A DNA stretch of 64,000 bases from an uncultured Alphaproteobacteria bacterium (GTDB taxonomy: Bacteria; Pseudomonadota; Alphaproteobacteria; Methylaequorales; Methylaequoraceae): contig CACMJG010000005.1 of the NCBI GenBank assembly GCA_902613995.1, forward strand, positions 13,542 to 77,541, given 5' to 3'. Shown here one piece after another: positions 50,144 through 58,983 of this stretch. The position numbers were made by a program, and so were the translations under genes. Numbering within the stretch: position 1 is the first letter of the stretch; each line of letters opens with the position of its first letter. The notes beneath the pieces were generated by a model that was not told where the DNA came from, made no database searches, and saw only the letters and a list, made by a program, of their open reading frames with translations.

Positions 50144-50419
50144 TTATTTAAATTTTCTATTTTCAATGAATTGTTTAAACTCAAGAAAAAGTTCATTATT
50201 TAAATTTTTATTTGATTCCAATTTCTTAATAAGATCTCTAAGCTTTTCTAAACGATATGATATCTCTTTATTTTTGGATAATAAGTTATCAGAATTATTA
50301 TTATTAATTAATTTAATAAAATATTGTAATTTTTCTTCTATTTGGTTAAGTTCTGCAACATTTTCTGTCGTGGTAGCTTTCTCCAGAATTTTTAGTATAG
50401 AATCTAGTTCTTTTTCCAT
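50144..50419 (-). CDS. Helical protein, possible short FlgN export chaperone
   Basis: Immediately downstream of flgM (canonical flgA-flgM-flgN order); all-helical with an N..N..LF motif near the C-terminus. Confidence 0.4.
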   Translation of the reverse strand: MEKELDSILKILEKATTTENVAELNQIEEKLQYFIKLINNNNSDNLLSKNKEISYRLEKLRDLIKKLESNKNLNNELFLEFKQFIENRKFK

Positions 50420-50433
50420 TCACTGATGGGATG

Positions 50434-50745
50434 TTATTTCATCTCTTTATAGGCATCGAACAGTGCATCGGCAACTTTTGCTAAATCGACTGGGTAGTTA
50501 CCATTTTTAATTGCTTCTTTGATTCTGGAAGTTGAAGCTTTGTCAATTGGTGGTTCCTTGGACATACTCTTAATCTTTTCCTTAGTAATGAACTGCGAAA
50601 CCTTTCCATCATAATTACTAGGATCTGTTTTGGTAGTATTATCTACCTTTTTTACGATAGTTTTTGAAGTATTTATAGTCTGAGTCTCTTTTTTTGAATT
50701 AGCTACATCAGAATTCAAAGCTTTATTTTTAATTTGGTCTATCAT
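50434..50745 (-). CDS. flgM: Anti-sigma-28 factor FlgM
   Basis: PPIDKASTSRIKEAIKNGNYPVDLAKVADAL; follows flgA. Confidence 0.9.
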   Translation of the reverse strand: MIDQIKNKALNSDVANSKKETQTINTSKTIVKKVDNTTKTDPSNYDGKVSQFITKEKIKSMSKEPPIDKASTSRIKEAIKNGNYPVDLAKVADALFDAYKEMK

Positions 50746-50769
50746 ATTTCTTAATCCTTACACTATATA

Positions 50770-50797
50770 TATACGACTAACTTTTATTATTGTTTAG
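50770..50797 (-). promoter_or_regulatory. Putative sigma-28 promoter for flgM
   Basis: CTAAAC-N14-GTCGTATA, overlapping the flgA stop; imperfect match to TAAA-N15-GCCGATAA. Confidence 0.45.
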
Positions 50798-51497
50798 CGT
50801 TAAGTATAACTTTTTTTTCATTTTTTGCATATCCAACAATAATTTTTCCACTCTTAATGTTTTTTACTTTTATCATATCCATGTAATCTGCATCATTCAT
50901 GGCTAAACCGTCCTCTTTAATTGTGACAAAGCTCTTATTATTAATAATTTTTACCACTGAATTTTTTTTAATTAACCAGTCCTTTTGAAGGTTTGAGCGT
51001 TTAAATAATTGATTTGAACTCATACTTTTTTTCAACTTTTTTCCTACAATATCTGATTTGTCTAAAATAAAGACGTTTCTTTGACTATGTTTTCTTTTTA
51101 TTATTATTAAATCTTTCTCTTTAATAATTGTGCCTTTCTCTTTGAAGTTTTTAAGCGCATAAAAATCTGATAATTGTTTACTTTTAGTCTTTGATTTCAG
51201 TTTATTGACTTTATTTCTAACTACAAATTGCCAAGGGTTATTTCCAATACAATTAACCTTTATAAGCTTTGAGTTGCCAGAAATATCATTTATTATTATA
51301 TTATCCTTCTCACAAGCTGGATATCTCAAGCTTTCTAGGATATTAACATTTGCTTCTACATCTTGTTTTTCTAACCATTTTTCAATTAAAGACTTGATTT
51401 CGTAACCTGAGATTGTTGAAGCTAAAGAATTTTTCACAATCAAAAAGGTAATAATAAGAGCTTTTAAAATGATTTTTAAATTTAAATTAATTGCCAT
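50787..51497 (-). CDS. flgA: Flagellar P-ring chaperone FlgA
   Basis: Signal peptide, YPAC...C....PW, SAF-like region, IKKNSVV...G..M.D......I.VKN..SG.I..G. Confidence 0.85.
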   Translation of the reverse strand: MAINLNLKIILKALIITFLIVKNSLASTISGYEIKSLIEKWLEKQDVEANVNILESLRYPACEKDNIIINDISGNSKLIKVNCIGNNPWQFVVRNKVNKLKSKTKSKQLSDFYALKNFKEKGTIIKEKDLIIIKRKHSQRNVFILDKSDIVGKKLKKSMSSNQLFKRSNLQKDWLIKKNSVVKIINNKSFVTIKEDGLAMNDADYMDMIKVKNIKSGKIIVGYAKNEKKVILNAKQ

Positions 51498-51912
51498 AAA
51501 AATATATATGATTGGTTTTAGATGAACTATTATGATTAGTTAAATTTTTTTTATTTTTGACTAAATTCATTATCTCGTTTAAAGAAGGAATTCTTATTTT
51601 TTTTCCTGCATATAGAAAGTGAGGATTGTTTCTAACGAATGCGTGTTTATTCATTTCAATGATTGAAATTTCAATGACCTTCATATTAAGTCCACTCTTT
51701 CCATAATATTTATCTAAAATACTACTTAAAGATTCTCCACTTTGGACTTTATGGACAACAGAATGATTTTGGTTTTTTATAAAGATATTTTCTTTATTTA
51801 AACCTGATCCAGTACCGGACATTCCTTTGTATTCTAGAACTACAAAGGGCTCGTTCGAACCAGCTTGTTCAAATAAAAGGATAATACTTATAGCTAATAT
51901 AATAAATTTCAT
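51487..51912 (-). CDS. Secreted protein with a FimV/HubP-type LysM domain
   Basis: Signal peptide; HKVQSGESLSSI...IIEMNKHAFVRNNPHFLYAGKKIRIP. Confidence 0.75.
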   Translation of the reverse strand: MKFIILAISIILLFEQAGSNEPFVVLEYKGMSGTGSGLNKENIFIKNQNHSVVHKVQSGESLSSILDKYYGKSGLNMKVIEISIIEMNKHAFVRNNPHFLYAGKKIRIPSLNEIMNLVKNKKNLTNHNSSSKTNHIYFYGN

Positions 51913-51920
51913 TTTTACAC

Positions 51921-53096
51921 CTAATTCATAAATTTAATAATTTTGCCTTTAATTTCGTCTTTATTATTCAAAGGGTTTAAAGGCTCAACAGTCGCAGAGT
52001 TTCTTCTTGAATCACTAACTGTTAGAACAATCCATTCACTCATTGTAATATCCTCAGAATCAGAAATAAAACCAACTGTACCTTTTTTTAAACCTTGATT
52101 CAAACCAATTGGAATTGTTAATTCATTATTAACAAGTTCAATTTCAGCCCTAAGTGGTTGACATTTTAAATTATCTAAAATTCTATATTGAATTTTAGAA
52201 ATACTTTTGTCTACGAATTCAATTAATTTGTCCTCAGATACTCTAAGAAATGCATCAATATGTTGATAGCCTGTTTTGTTTCCAATCCATAAAGAAAATT
52301 TGTAATTTAAAGAATCTAATACCTTGTAATACGGGCCTTCATAAATGTTTAAAGTAATATCAACCATTAGTTCCTTTGATACCGAAGTAAGTCTTCCTTT
52401 GGCGTAACTAAGTTTCATGATTGGATGCAAAGCAAATTCTCCTTCGTTTAAAGCATTTTGTTTACCCTCAACTAAATTATTATAGTCAAGTGCTATTGAT
52501 TTTTTAACGATTTTACTCGGATTAAAAGCTATTTTTGAAGAATCTTTTAAATTAATAAAACTAAGATTATTTAAATTGCCAAAGATTTCTGAGGAAATTT
52601 TCATTGGAAGTTTATCAGTCCACGCAGGAAGTTTGCTAGAAACCGAATAATGTGGTGCCAAGTATGATAAATTTACAAAATCTCTATTTGCACAATTAAG
52701 CATGCTATTTACGTTTACCAGATAAGCTTTGATTGTAACATTGTAATGTGTCTCATCTTGACTTTCTTCAATAATTACAAAATCCTTTATAGTTGAAGAT
52801 GGTCTTATCAAAACATTTTCGTTAAGGTTTGTGTTCATGTCCACACTTGAATATCCATCAACCTTTGCTCCTCCCTGAAGACTAGCTAGGTAAAGTGCAT
52901 CTTCTAATGCTCTTTTTTTAGCAAGACTAACATTATTTTCTATGATGACAGCTCTGCCTTTAGAAAAAACTTCTTTATAATTAATTTCATTGGCCAATAA
53001 ATAAGTGGTTCCTAAAAGAATTATAAAAAGTGATGTAAAAAAATAAGCTAATTGTTTTAGTAATACATCAAAAGAATTATATTGAATTTTTCTCAA
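51921..53096 (-). CDS. flgT: Flagellar basal-body protein FlgT (H/T-ring)
   Basis: KGRAVI......AKKRALEDAL..AS...GA.V..YS N-domain; C-terminal IPIG.NQG.K.G beta-domain; follows flgP. Confidence 0.8.
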   Translation of the reverse strand: MRKIQYNSFDVLLKQLAYFFTSLFIILLGTTYLLANEINYKEVFSKGRAVIIENNVSLAKKRALEDALYLASLQGGAKVDGYSSVDMNTNLNENVLIRPSSTIKDFVIIEESQDETHYNVTIKAYLVNVNSMLNCANRDFVNLSYLAPHYSVSSKLPAWTDKLPMKISSEIFGNLNNLSFINLKDSSKIAFNPSKIVKKSIALDYNNLVEGKQNALNEGEFALHPIMKLSYAKGRLTSVSKELMVDITLNIYEGPYYKVLDSLNYKFSLWIGNKTGYQHIDAFLRVSEDKLIEFVDKSISKIQYRILDNLKCQPLRAEIELVNNELTIPIGLNQGLKKGTVGFISDSEDITMSEWIVLTVSDSRRNSATVEPLNPLNNKDEIKGKIIKFMN

Positions 53097-53111
53097 TTTA
53101 TGTCCTGTTCT

Positions 53112-53621
53112 TTACATTGATTGTGCTGATCTAAACAGATACGCAACCATATCTTGATCTATTTCTAAAACTGTTTCGTAGGTATCACTTCCAGTTGGAT
53201 TGATTCTAACTGTCCTCGCACCTCTGATAACGCCCGACACAATACCTCTAAACGTGTCATTTTGCACCATTAAATCTATCACAGTTGTATTACTGTCTAC
53301 TTTCAACCCATGAATTTGTTCTGCAAGTTCTCTCATCGCAGCCATTCTAGCAGATCTGATAGCCATTAATCTTTTTTGTTCAACATTTTGTCCGGGTTGA
53401 GTTGAAACTACAGCATATCCAGTTGCAGTAAGAGTTGGAAAATTAATAGACGCTCCGTCTAGTAATTCTCTTGTTTTATTAAGTTGACTAGTTGGCTTTG
53501 AATATTCTTCGTAATTCTCTTGTGTCTCGTTAGACAAATTTGAATTTGTAAATCCACTCATCATGTTCCCGTTACAGGATTGCAAAAAAATCGCTAAAAC
53601 AGGTAATAAAAATTTCTTCAT
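53112..53621 (-). CDS. flgP: Flagellar lipoprotein FlgP (LPP20 family)
   Basis: Lipobox LQSC; ATGYA......Q.RLMAIRSARMAAMRELAEQIHG..V...T......V..D.....V.GVIRGA. Confidence 0.85.
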   Translation of the reverse strand: MKKFLLPVLAIFLQSCNGNMMSGFTNSNLSNETQENYEEYSKPTSQLNKTRELLDGASINFPTLTATGYAVVSTQPGQNVEQKRLMAIRSARMAAMRELAEQIHGLKVDSNTTVIDLMVQNDTFRGIVSGVIRGARTVRINPTGSDTYETVLEIDQDMVAYLFRSAQSM

Positions 53622-53656
53622 AGTTAAATCCTTCTAAAATTAATTTCTTAACTTCG

Positions 53657-53672
53657 TGCATAAATTATGCCA
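53657..53672 (-). promoter_or_regulatory. sigma-54 promoter for flgP-flgT-LysM-flgA-flgM
   Basis: TGGCATAATTTATGCA (GG-N10-GC), 35 nt before the flgP ATG, which has an AGGA RBS. Confidence 0.8.
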
Positions 53673-53710
53673 TTTTGTTTTATTGAATTGAAATCCTTAT
53701 TAGGTGGGCA

Positions 53711-53726
53711 TGGCATGTCTCTTGCA
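53711..53726 (+). promoter_or_regulatory. sigma-54 promoter for flhA-flhF-flhG-fliA
   Basis: TGGCATGTCTCTTGCA, close to the TGGCACGNNNNTTGCW consensus. Confidence 0.87.
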
Positions 53727-53811
53727 TCTCACTACATATGATTTTTAAATATAAAAAAACCAGCTTTTCTCGACTTTTTTTGGTCAGAATTTTGACACAA
53801 AGGATGTATTA

Positions 53812-55953
53812 ATGGATTTAGTGCTTAAAACATTCCAAAAAGAAAACTTTTTAAGTTTTGCCAGAACTTTTAGTATTCCAATTGGCATAATGATTCTAAT
53901 TGCAATGATGGTTATACCATTGCAACCATGGATGTTAGACATTTTATTTACTTCAAATCTATTGGTTTCTTTATTAGTTTTGATGGTTGCTTTACAAACT
54001 TTTAGACCACTTGACTTTTCAAGTTTTCCCACAGTTTTGCTTTTTGCAACGGTTTTAAGGTTAGGACTTAACGTTGCTTCAACTCGTGTAATTTTGAAAT
54101 CAGGTCACAACGGTACAGACTCAGCAGGCTCAATAATCGAAGCTTTTGGAGAGTTTGTGATGTCTGGAAGTTATGCAGTTGGGTTATTTGTTTTTTCTAT
54201 TTTAGTAATTATCAATTTGATTGTTATAACAAAAGGAGCTGGACGAGTTTCTGAGGTGGCAGCTAGATTTACACTTGATGCAATGCCTGGAAAACAAATG
54301 GCAATTGATGCTGATTTAAATGCGGGAATTATTTCAAGTGAGGAGGCAAAGGGTCGAAGAAATGAAATAGCAAAAGAAGGAGAATTTTATGGTGCGATGG
54401 ATGGGGCCGCAAAGTTTGTAAAAGGAGATGCCATAGCGGGAATTTTAATTTTAGTCATAAATATAATTGGTGGACTTATAATTGGTTCGATTATGCACGA
54501 TCTAACAATTAGTGAGTCGGCAGAAACATACATACTTCTGACAGTAGGAGATGGTCTTGTTGCTCAAATTCCTTCATTGCTGCTCGCGATGGCCACAGCT
54601 ACTATTGTAACTAGAATATCGTCTGATAATAATGATTTAGCAGGACAAATATCGAAACAAATGGGCCTGTCGAGAGCATGGGTTCCAGTTTCTGCAGTTC
54701 TGCTTCTTTTTGGTTTGGTTCCAGGTATGCCAAATACATTATTTTTAACTGGTGCATTTTTGTCAGGACTTATTGCTTGGTTTACTTCCAAACGTGATGG
54801 ATTAAATCAAACCGAAGAACAAACGGAATCAAAAAGTGAAGAGGAAAATATAGGAAATATAGAAATAGACGAAGTTTCTGACAATGCCTCAATATCTCTT
54901 GATCTAGGATATGGTTTAATATCATTGGTTGATTCTACAGATAAAAAATCAGCTGGCCCATTAATCTCGAAAATTACTAGTATAAGAAAACAAGTTTCAA
55001 AGGATTTGGGTTTTATAATTCCAAATGTCAGAGTTAAAGATGATTTATCTTTAGACGCAAATTCATATAAAATACGGATTGGACATACAATTGTTGCTGA
55101 AGACAAAATTTATGTTGACAGAAAACTCGCTATGCCTGGGGATGAAACTCAAATAAAGATTCAGGGAATACAGGTTAAAGATCCATCTTTTGGATTAGAT
55201 GCTGTTTGGATCGAACAGCATTTAGTTGCTAAAGCTGAGTCTAATCATTACATGGTCATTGAACCAGAGGCAGTAGTAGGCACTCATCTTAATCAAATTT
55301 TATTAAAGTATGCAGGTGAATTAATAAGTCAGGATGATGTTCAGTCTTTACTTGATAATTTATCAAAAACTCACCCACAGCTTGTTCAATCAGTCATTCC
55401 AAAACTTGTTCCATTACATTACCTCACAATTATTTTAAGAAACTTATTAGTTGAGAGAGTCCCGATTAATGACTTAAAAAAAATTCTTGAAGCTTTATCG
55501 AACCTTTCTGAAAAAAAACTCAGTCCTGACGAATTATCTGAGGCAGTTAGACCAGCAATTTCTTCACTTTTAATACAGAAGATATCAAATGTAAATGAAC
55601 CACTTGACGTGATAACATTCAACCCTGAATTTGAACAGATGCTAATATCTATGACCAAAAAAAGTGGTTCCGATGGTCTTTTGATTGACCCCTCATTAGC
55701 AAAACAAATGATAAAGTCCATTATTGATGTGGGAGAAAAATCCTCATTAACTGGAAACTCTCTAGTTGTAGTGACTTCTCCAATTATCAGAAAAGACTTA
55801 TCAATTTTACTACGACAACATGTAGATGACATTGTTGTGCTTTCTTTCACAGAGTTACCTGAAAATAAAAGAGTAAAAGTTATCGCAACAATAGGTGAAC
55901 AAATAACAACAGAAAATAAAAAGGAGCAAAAAAATGAAAACTCAACTATTTAA
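53812..55953 (+). CDS. flhA: Flagellar export gate protein FlhA
   Basis: FSSFPTVLLFAT..RL.LNVASTR, RVSEVAARFTLDAMPGKQMAIDADLNAG, FYGAMDGAAKFVKGDA. Confidence 0.97.
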   Translation: MDLVLKTFQKENFLSFARTFSIPIGIMILIAMMVIPLQPWMLDILFTSNLLVSLLVLMVALQTFRPLDFSSFPTVLLFATVLRLGLNVASTRVILKSGHNGTDSAGSIIEAFGEFVMSGSYAVGLFVFSILVIINLIVITKGAGRVSEVAARFTLDAMPGKQMAIDADLNAGIISSEEAKGRRNEIAKEGEFYGAMDGAAKFVKGDAIAGILILVINIIGGLIIGSIMHDLTISESAETYILLTVGDGLVAQIPSLLLAMATATIVTRISSDNNDLAGQISKQMGLSRAWVPVSAVLLLFGLVPGMPNTLFLTGAFLSGLIAWFTSKRDGLNQTEEQTESKSEEENIGNIEIDEVSDNASISLDLGYGLISLVDSTDKKSAGPLISKITSIRKQVSKDLGFIIPNVRVKDDLSLDANSYKIRIGHTIVAEDKIYVDRKLAMPGDETQIKIQGIQVKDPSFGLDAVWIEQHLVAKAESNHYMVIEPEAVVGTHLNQILLKYAGELISQDDVQSLLDNLSKTHPQLVQSVIPKLVPLHYLTIILRNLLVERVPINDLKKILEALSNLSEKKLSPDELSEAVRPAISSLLIQKISNVNEPLDVITFNPEFEQMLISMTKKSGSDGLLIDPSLAKQMIKSIIDVGEKSSLTGNSLVVVTSPIIRKDLSILLRQHVDDIVVLSFTELPENKRVKVIATIGEQITTENKKEQKNENSTI

Positions 55954-57079
55954 AGCTAGAGACATGAAAACAGCCATGAATTTAGTAAATGACGAATACG
56001 GAGATAAAGCTATTATCCTATCAACAAAAAGAAATAATGGTGTTGTTGAAGTTGAAGCGTCCGACAATGACAAAGTAATTGAAACTCATAAAAAGAAAGT
56101 AGAAGAAAAGAAAAATTTTTCGAAAGTTTTCAATAAAGAAATAAACATACCTTCCAAAGAAAGAGAATCAAATACAGACAATGTTTCTTATATTGGAAAA
56201 AAAGAGTCCAATCAAAACACACATGGCAAAATCGACACGCAAATGCTTGAAAAAATTCAGATTCAACTAGAATCACTAAAAGATGAAATGAACAAGATGA
56301 TTATAACAGACCAATCAGGCATTTCTGATAAATTGTCGTACTATACGCCAATTAAATTAAGGCAAGAAAAGTTTTTACCTGAAATAATAAATAAATTAAG
56401 TTATTCTTTTATAGGAAAAAATCTGGAGGAGGGAAGAGTGTCTTTTTTCAGAGAATTATCTAAAAAATTGGCATCAGATGATTTCCCAAGATTATTGAAT
56501 TCAAAAAATATCTTTATTTTTGGAAATTCTGGGTCAGGAAAATCTACTCTATCTGCAAAAATTGCTTCTTTTTTATCAGATAAGAAAAATACTAAAAATA
56601 TTTATTTTTATGATGTAACAAATTCTAGTACTGGAAACTCAGACACATTAAGATCTTACAGTAGAGTTCTCGGCTTTCCAGTAAAAGATTATAATTTTTT
56701 CAATTTTAATAAACAAAATGAGGATGATGCTGTAAACATTTTTGATATTTCTGGAGACATTAATTTTGGTGTGCAAAAAATAAAAGAGATAAAAAATTCA
56801 TTTCCGTCTTTTAATTTTTGTTCTATATTAACATTACCAAGTGGATCAAATTCTGAAATGATTGATGGATTAAGCGATAAAGTCTCTCATATAAGACCAA
56901 TGATAGCTGTCACAAAACTTGACGAGTGTTGGGTAGGAGCCGAAGAATTTTCTTCTTTAGCCAAAAATAATTCTAGGATTGGAATTGTTACGGGCACAAA
57001 AGTTTTAATTGATTCAATTATTGAAGCTAATGAAAACTCACTGACAAAATATATGAAAGAGAATTTTAAAGGTGTCTGA
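55934..57079 (+). CDS. flhF: Flagellar SRP-type GTPase FlhF (degenerate)
   Basis: N-terminal F.A.DM..AM..V..E.G..A.ILST; GNSGSGKST P-loop; DISG; TKLDE; between flhA and flhG. Confidence 0.8.
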   Translation: MKTQLFKARDMKTAMNLVNDEYGDKAIILSTKRNNGVVEVEASDNDKVIETHKKKVEEKKNFSKVFNKEINIPSKERESNTDNVSYIGKKESNQNTHGKIDTQMLEKIQIQLESLKDEMNKMIITDQSGISDKLSYYTPIKLRQEKFLPEIINKLSYSFIGKNLEEGRVSFFRELSKKLASDDFPRLLNSKNIFIFGNSGSGKSTLSAKIASFLSDKKNTKNIYFYDVTNSSTGNSDTLRSYSRVLGFPVKDYNFFNFNKQNEDDAVNIFDISGDINFGVQKIKEIKNSFPSFNFCSILTLPSGSNSEMIDGLSDKVSHIRPMIAVTKLDECWVGAEEFSSLAKNNSRIGIVTGTKVLIDSIIEANENSLTKYMKENFKGV

Positions 57080-57869
57080 TTCGATTGCAATAACCAGCGG
57101 AAAAGGCGGAGTTGGTAAAACGACTTTTGCTGTGAACTTATCGATTGCACAAAGAAAGTTTACGGATCAAGTTTTTCTACTCGACACTGATATGGGGATG
57201 GCTAATTCTCACGTTCTTCTAGGGGTAAATCCGGAATACAGTATTTCGGATGTAATTTCAGGTGAAAAACAAATATCAGAAATTATTGAAAACTACAAGA
57301 AAGGGATTGATTTAATCTCTGGGGGAACTGCTTCTAATAATCTGCTTAATCTCGAAAATGTGAAGAGGTATTCTATTCTAAATGAAATAGATAATCACCT
57401 CAAAACCTTTAAAAATGTTAAACTAATGGTTGATATTGCAGCTGGTGCTGAAGATAATGCTCTTGTTTTCTCATTAGCTTGTGATCGTATTTTAATTGTA
57501 ATTGTTGGAGAACCAACTAGCTTTATAGACTCGTATGCTTTGATAAAAGCATTATATTCTAAATCATCCTTTAAAAATTACTGTGTTGCAGTTAACCAAG
57601 TGGATAACGAAAGTCATGGAAAAGATTTATTCAAAAAATTCCAATCAATTACAGCTAAATTTTTAGACGTAAATTTGCATTATGTTGGGTGTGTAAAAAG
57701 TTCTCAGAAAATTAGGAAGTCAATTGTTGATAGAAAACCTATAAGTATTAGTGAACCAAAGTCTGAAATTTCTCAGTCTTTTTTGAAAATAACCAAGAAT
57801 ATTAATGAAACGCCATCAAACGAATGGGGGGGATTAACTTTTCTTTCAAAAGTTCAGAAAAGAGCGTAA
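57072..57869 (+). CDS. flhG: MinD-like ATPase FlhG/FleN
   Basis: ITSGKGGVGKT, DTDMGMAN, DIAAG, EPTSFIDSY.LIK; GTG start. Confidence 0.9.
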   Translation: MSDSIAITSGKGGVGKTTFAVNLSIAQRKFTDQVFLLDTDMGMANSHVLLGVNPEYSISDVISGEKQISEIIENYKKGIDLISGGTASNNLLNLENVKRYSILNEIDNHLKTFKNVKLMVDIAAGAEDNALVFSLACDRILIVIVGEPTSFIDSYALIKALYSKSSFKNYCVAVNQVDNESHGKDLFKKFQSITAKFLDVNLHYVGCVKSSQKIRKSIVDRKPISISEPKSEISQSFLKITKNINETPSNEWGGLTFLSKVQKRA

Positions 57870-57879
57870 ATTATAAATT

Positions 57880-58584
57880 ATGAACAATTATTATTTGGAT
57901 AAATCACAAACCTCAATACATGATTTAATTCAAGATAATCTTGATCTTGTCAGGAAAATTGCCTGGCAATTGCATGGAAGAGTTCAGAATATTGTTGAAT
58001 TGGAGGACCTAATTCAACAGGGAATGGAGGGTTTAGTTCATGCAGCACAAAAGTATTCACCAAAAGAGGGTGTAAATTTTTCTCAGTATGCTCAGCTAAG
58101 AATTAGAGGGTCTATAATTGATTTTCTCAGAAAGAATTCTAATTTATGCAGAACAACAATAAAAAAAAAACAAGAATTTGAAAGATCCAAGCTTGATCTT
58201 GAGAAAAAATTAAATAGACAAGCCACAGAAAAAGAATTGATTGATTTTCTTGGCATCTCAGATGATGAGTTTAATTATTGGAAGAAAGCTTTTGAAGCGA
58301 ATGTAGTTCAAAGTTTGGACACAGCCTATAATGAATATTCAATTCTTTTTGCCAGTAAGGATGATAATCCAGAATTAAGTTTACAAAACAAAGAATTAAA
58401 AAATCAAATTAAAGAGGCATTAGGTGTTTTGAATCAAAGAGAGGCATTGGTGGCACAATTGTACTATGTAGAGGAATTGAATATTTACGAAATTGCTGAG
58501 GTTTTAGAAATTAGTACCGGAAGAATTTCTCAAATTAAAAAATCATTGATTGGAAAATTAAGAAATGAAATCAATTCAGATTGA
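57880..58584 (+). CDS. fliA: Flagellar sigma factor sigma-28
   Basis: LVRKIAW...EDLIQ.G..GL...A..Y, YA..RIRGSIID.LR, region 4 EIAEVLEIS.GRISQI. Confidence 0.93.
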   Translation: MNNYYLDKSQTSIHDLIQDNLDLVRKIAWQLHGRVQNIVELEDLIQQGMEGLVHAAQKYSPKEGVNFSQYAQLRIRGSIIDFLRKNSNLCRTTIKKKQEFERSKLDLEKKLNRQATEKELIDFLGISDDEFNYWKKAFEANVVQSLDTAYNEYSILFASKDDNPELSLQNKELKNQIKEALGVLNQREALVAQLYYVEELNIYEIAEVLEISTGRISQIKKSLIGKLRNEINSD

Positions 58585-58981
58585 AAAAAATAAATGGGAA
58601 AAAATTAATAAAATTGTTTTGAGGGTTGATAATGTAGACCTAATTTATAATCAAGATTTAACTATTAATTTTGTTTGCGGTTTTGAAAACATATCTAGAG
58701 GGAGATGTTTACTTTTAGTTAAAGAAAAGAATAAAAAACAATTTGATAATTTATTTATTTATAATGATAAAGCTTTAATGGAAGTAAATATATTTTTAGA
58801 TGAAAAAAAATTAGATAATCTTTTATACCACATTTCATTAAAAAGAAACTCATCCAAAAAAATTAAAGTAACCATTTCTATTTCAGATAATCTGATGATT
58901 AATCAAAAAGGAGATCTGTATGTTGATAGTGAAACCAAGATAAAAATAAATGAAATTAGTTGGAATATTCCATTATTATAG
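58565..58981 (+). CDS. Hypothetical protein
   Basis: 138-aa ORF overlapping the fliA 3' end; no recognisable motif. Confidence 0.6.
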   Translation: MKSIQIEKNKWEKINKIVLRVDNVDLIYNQDLTINFVCGFENISRGRCLLLVKEKNKKQFDNLFIYNDKALMEVNIFLDEKKLDNLLYHISLKRNSSKKIKVTISISDNLMINQKGDLYVDSETKIKINEISWNIPLL

Positions 58982-58983
58982 TA

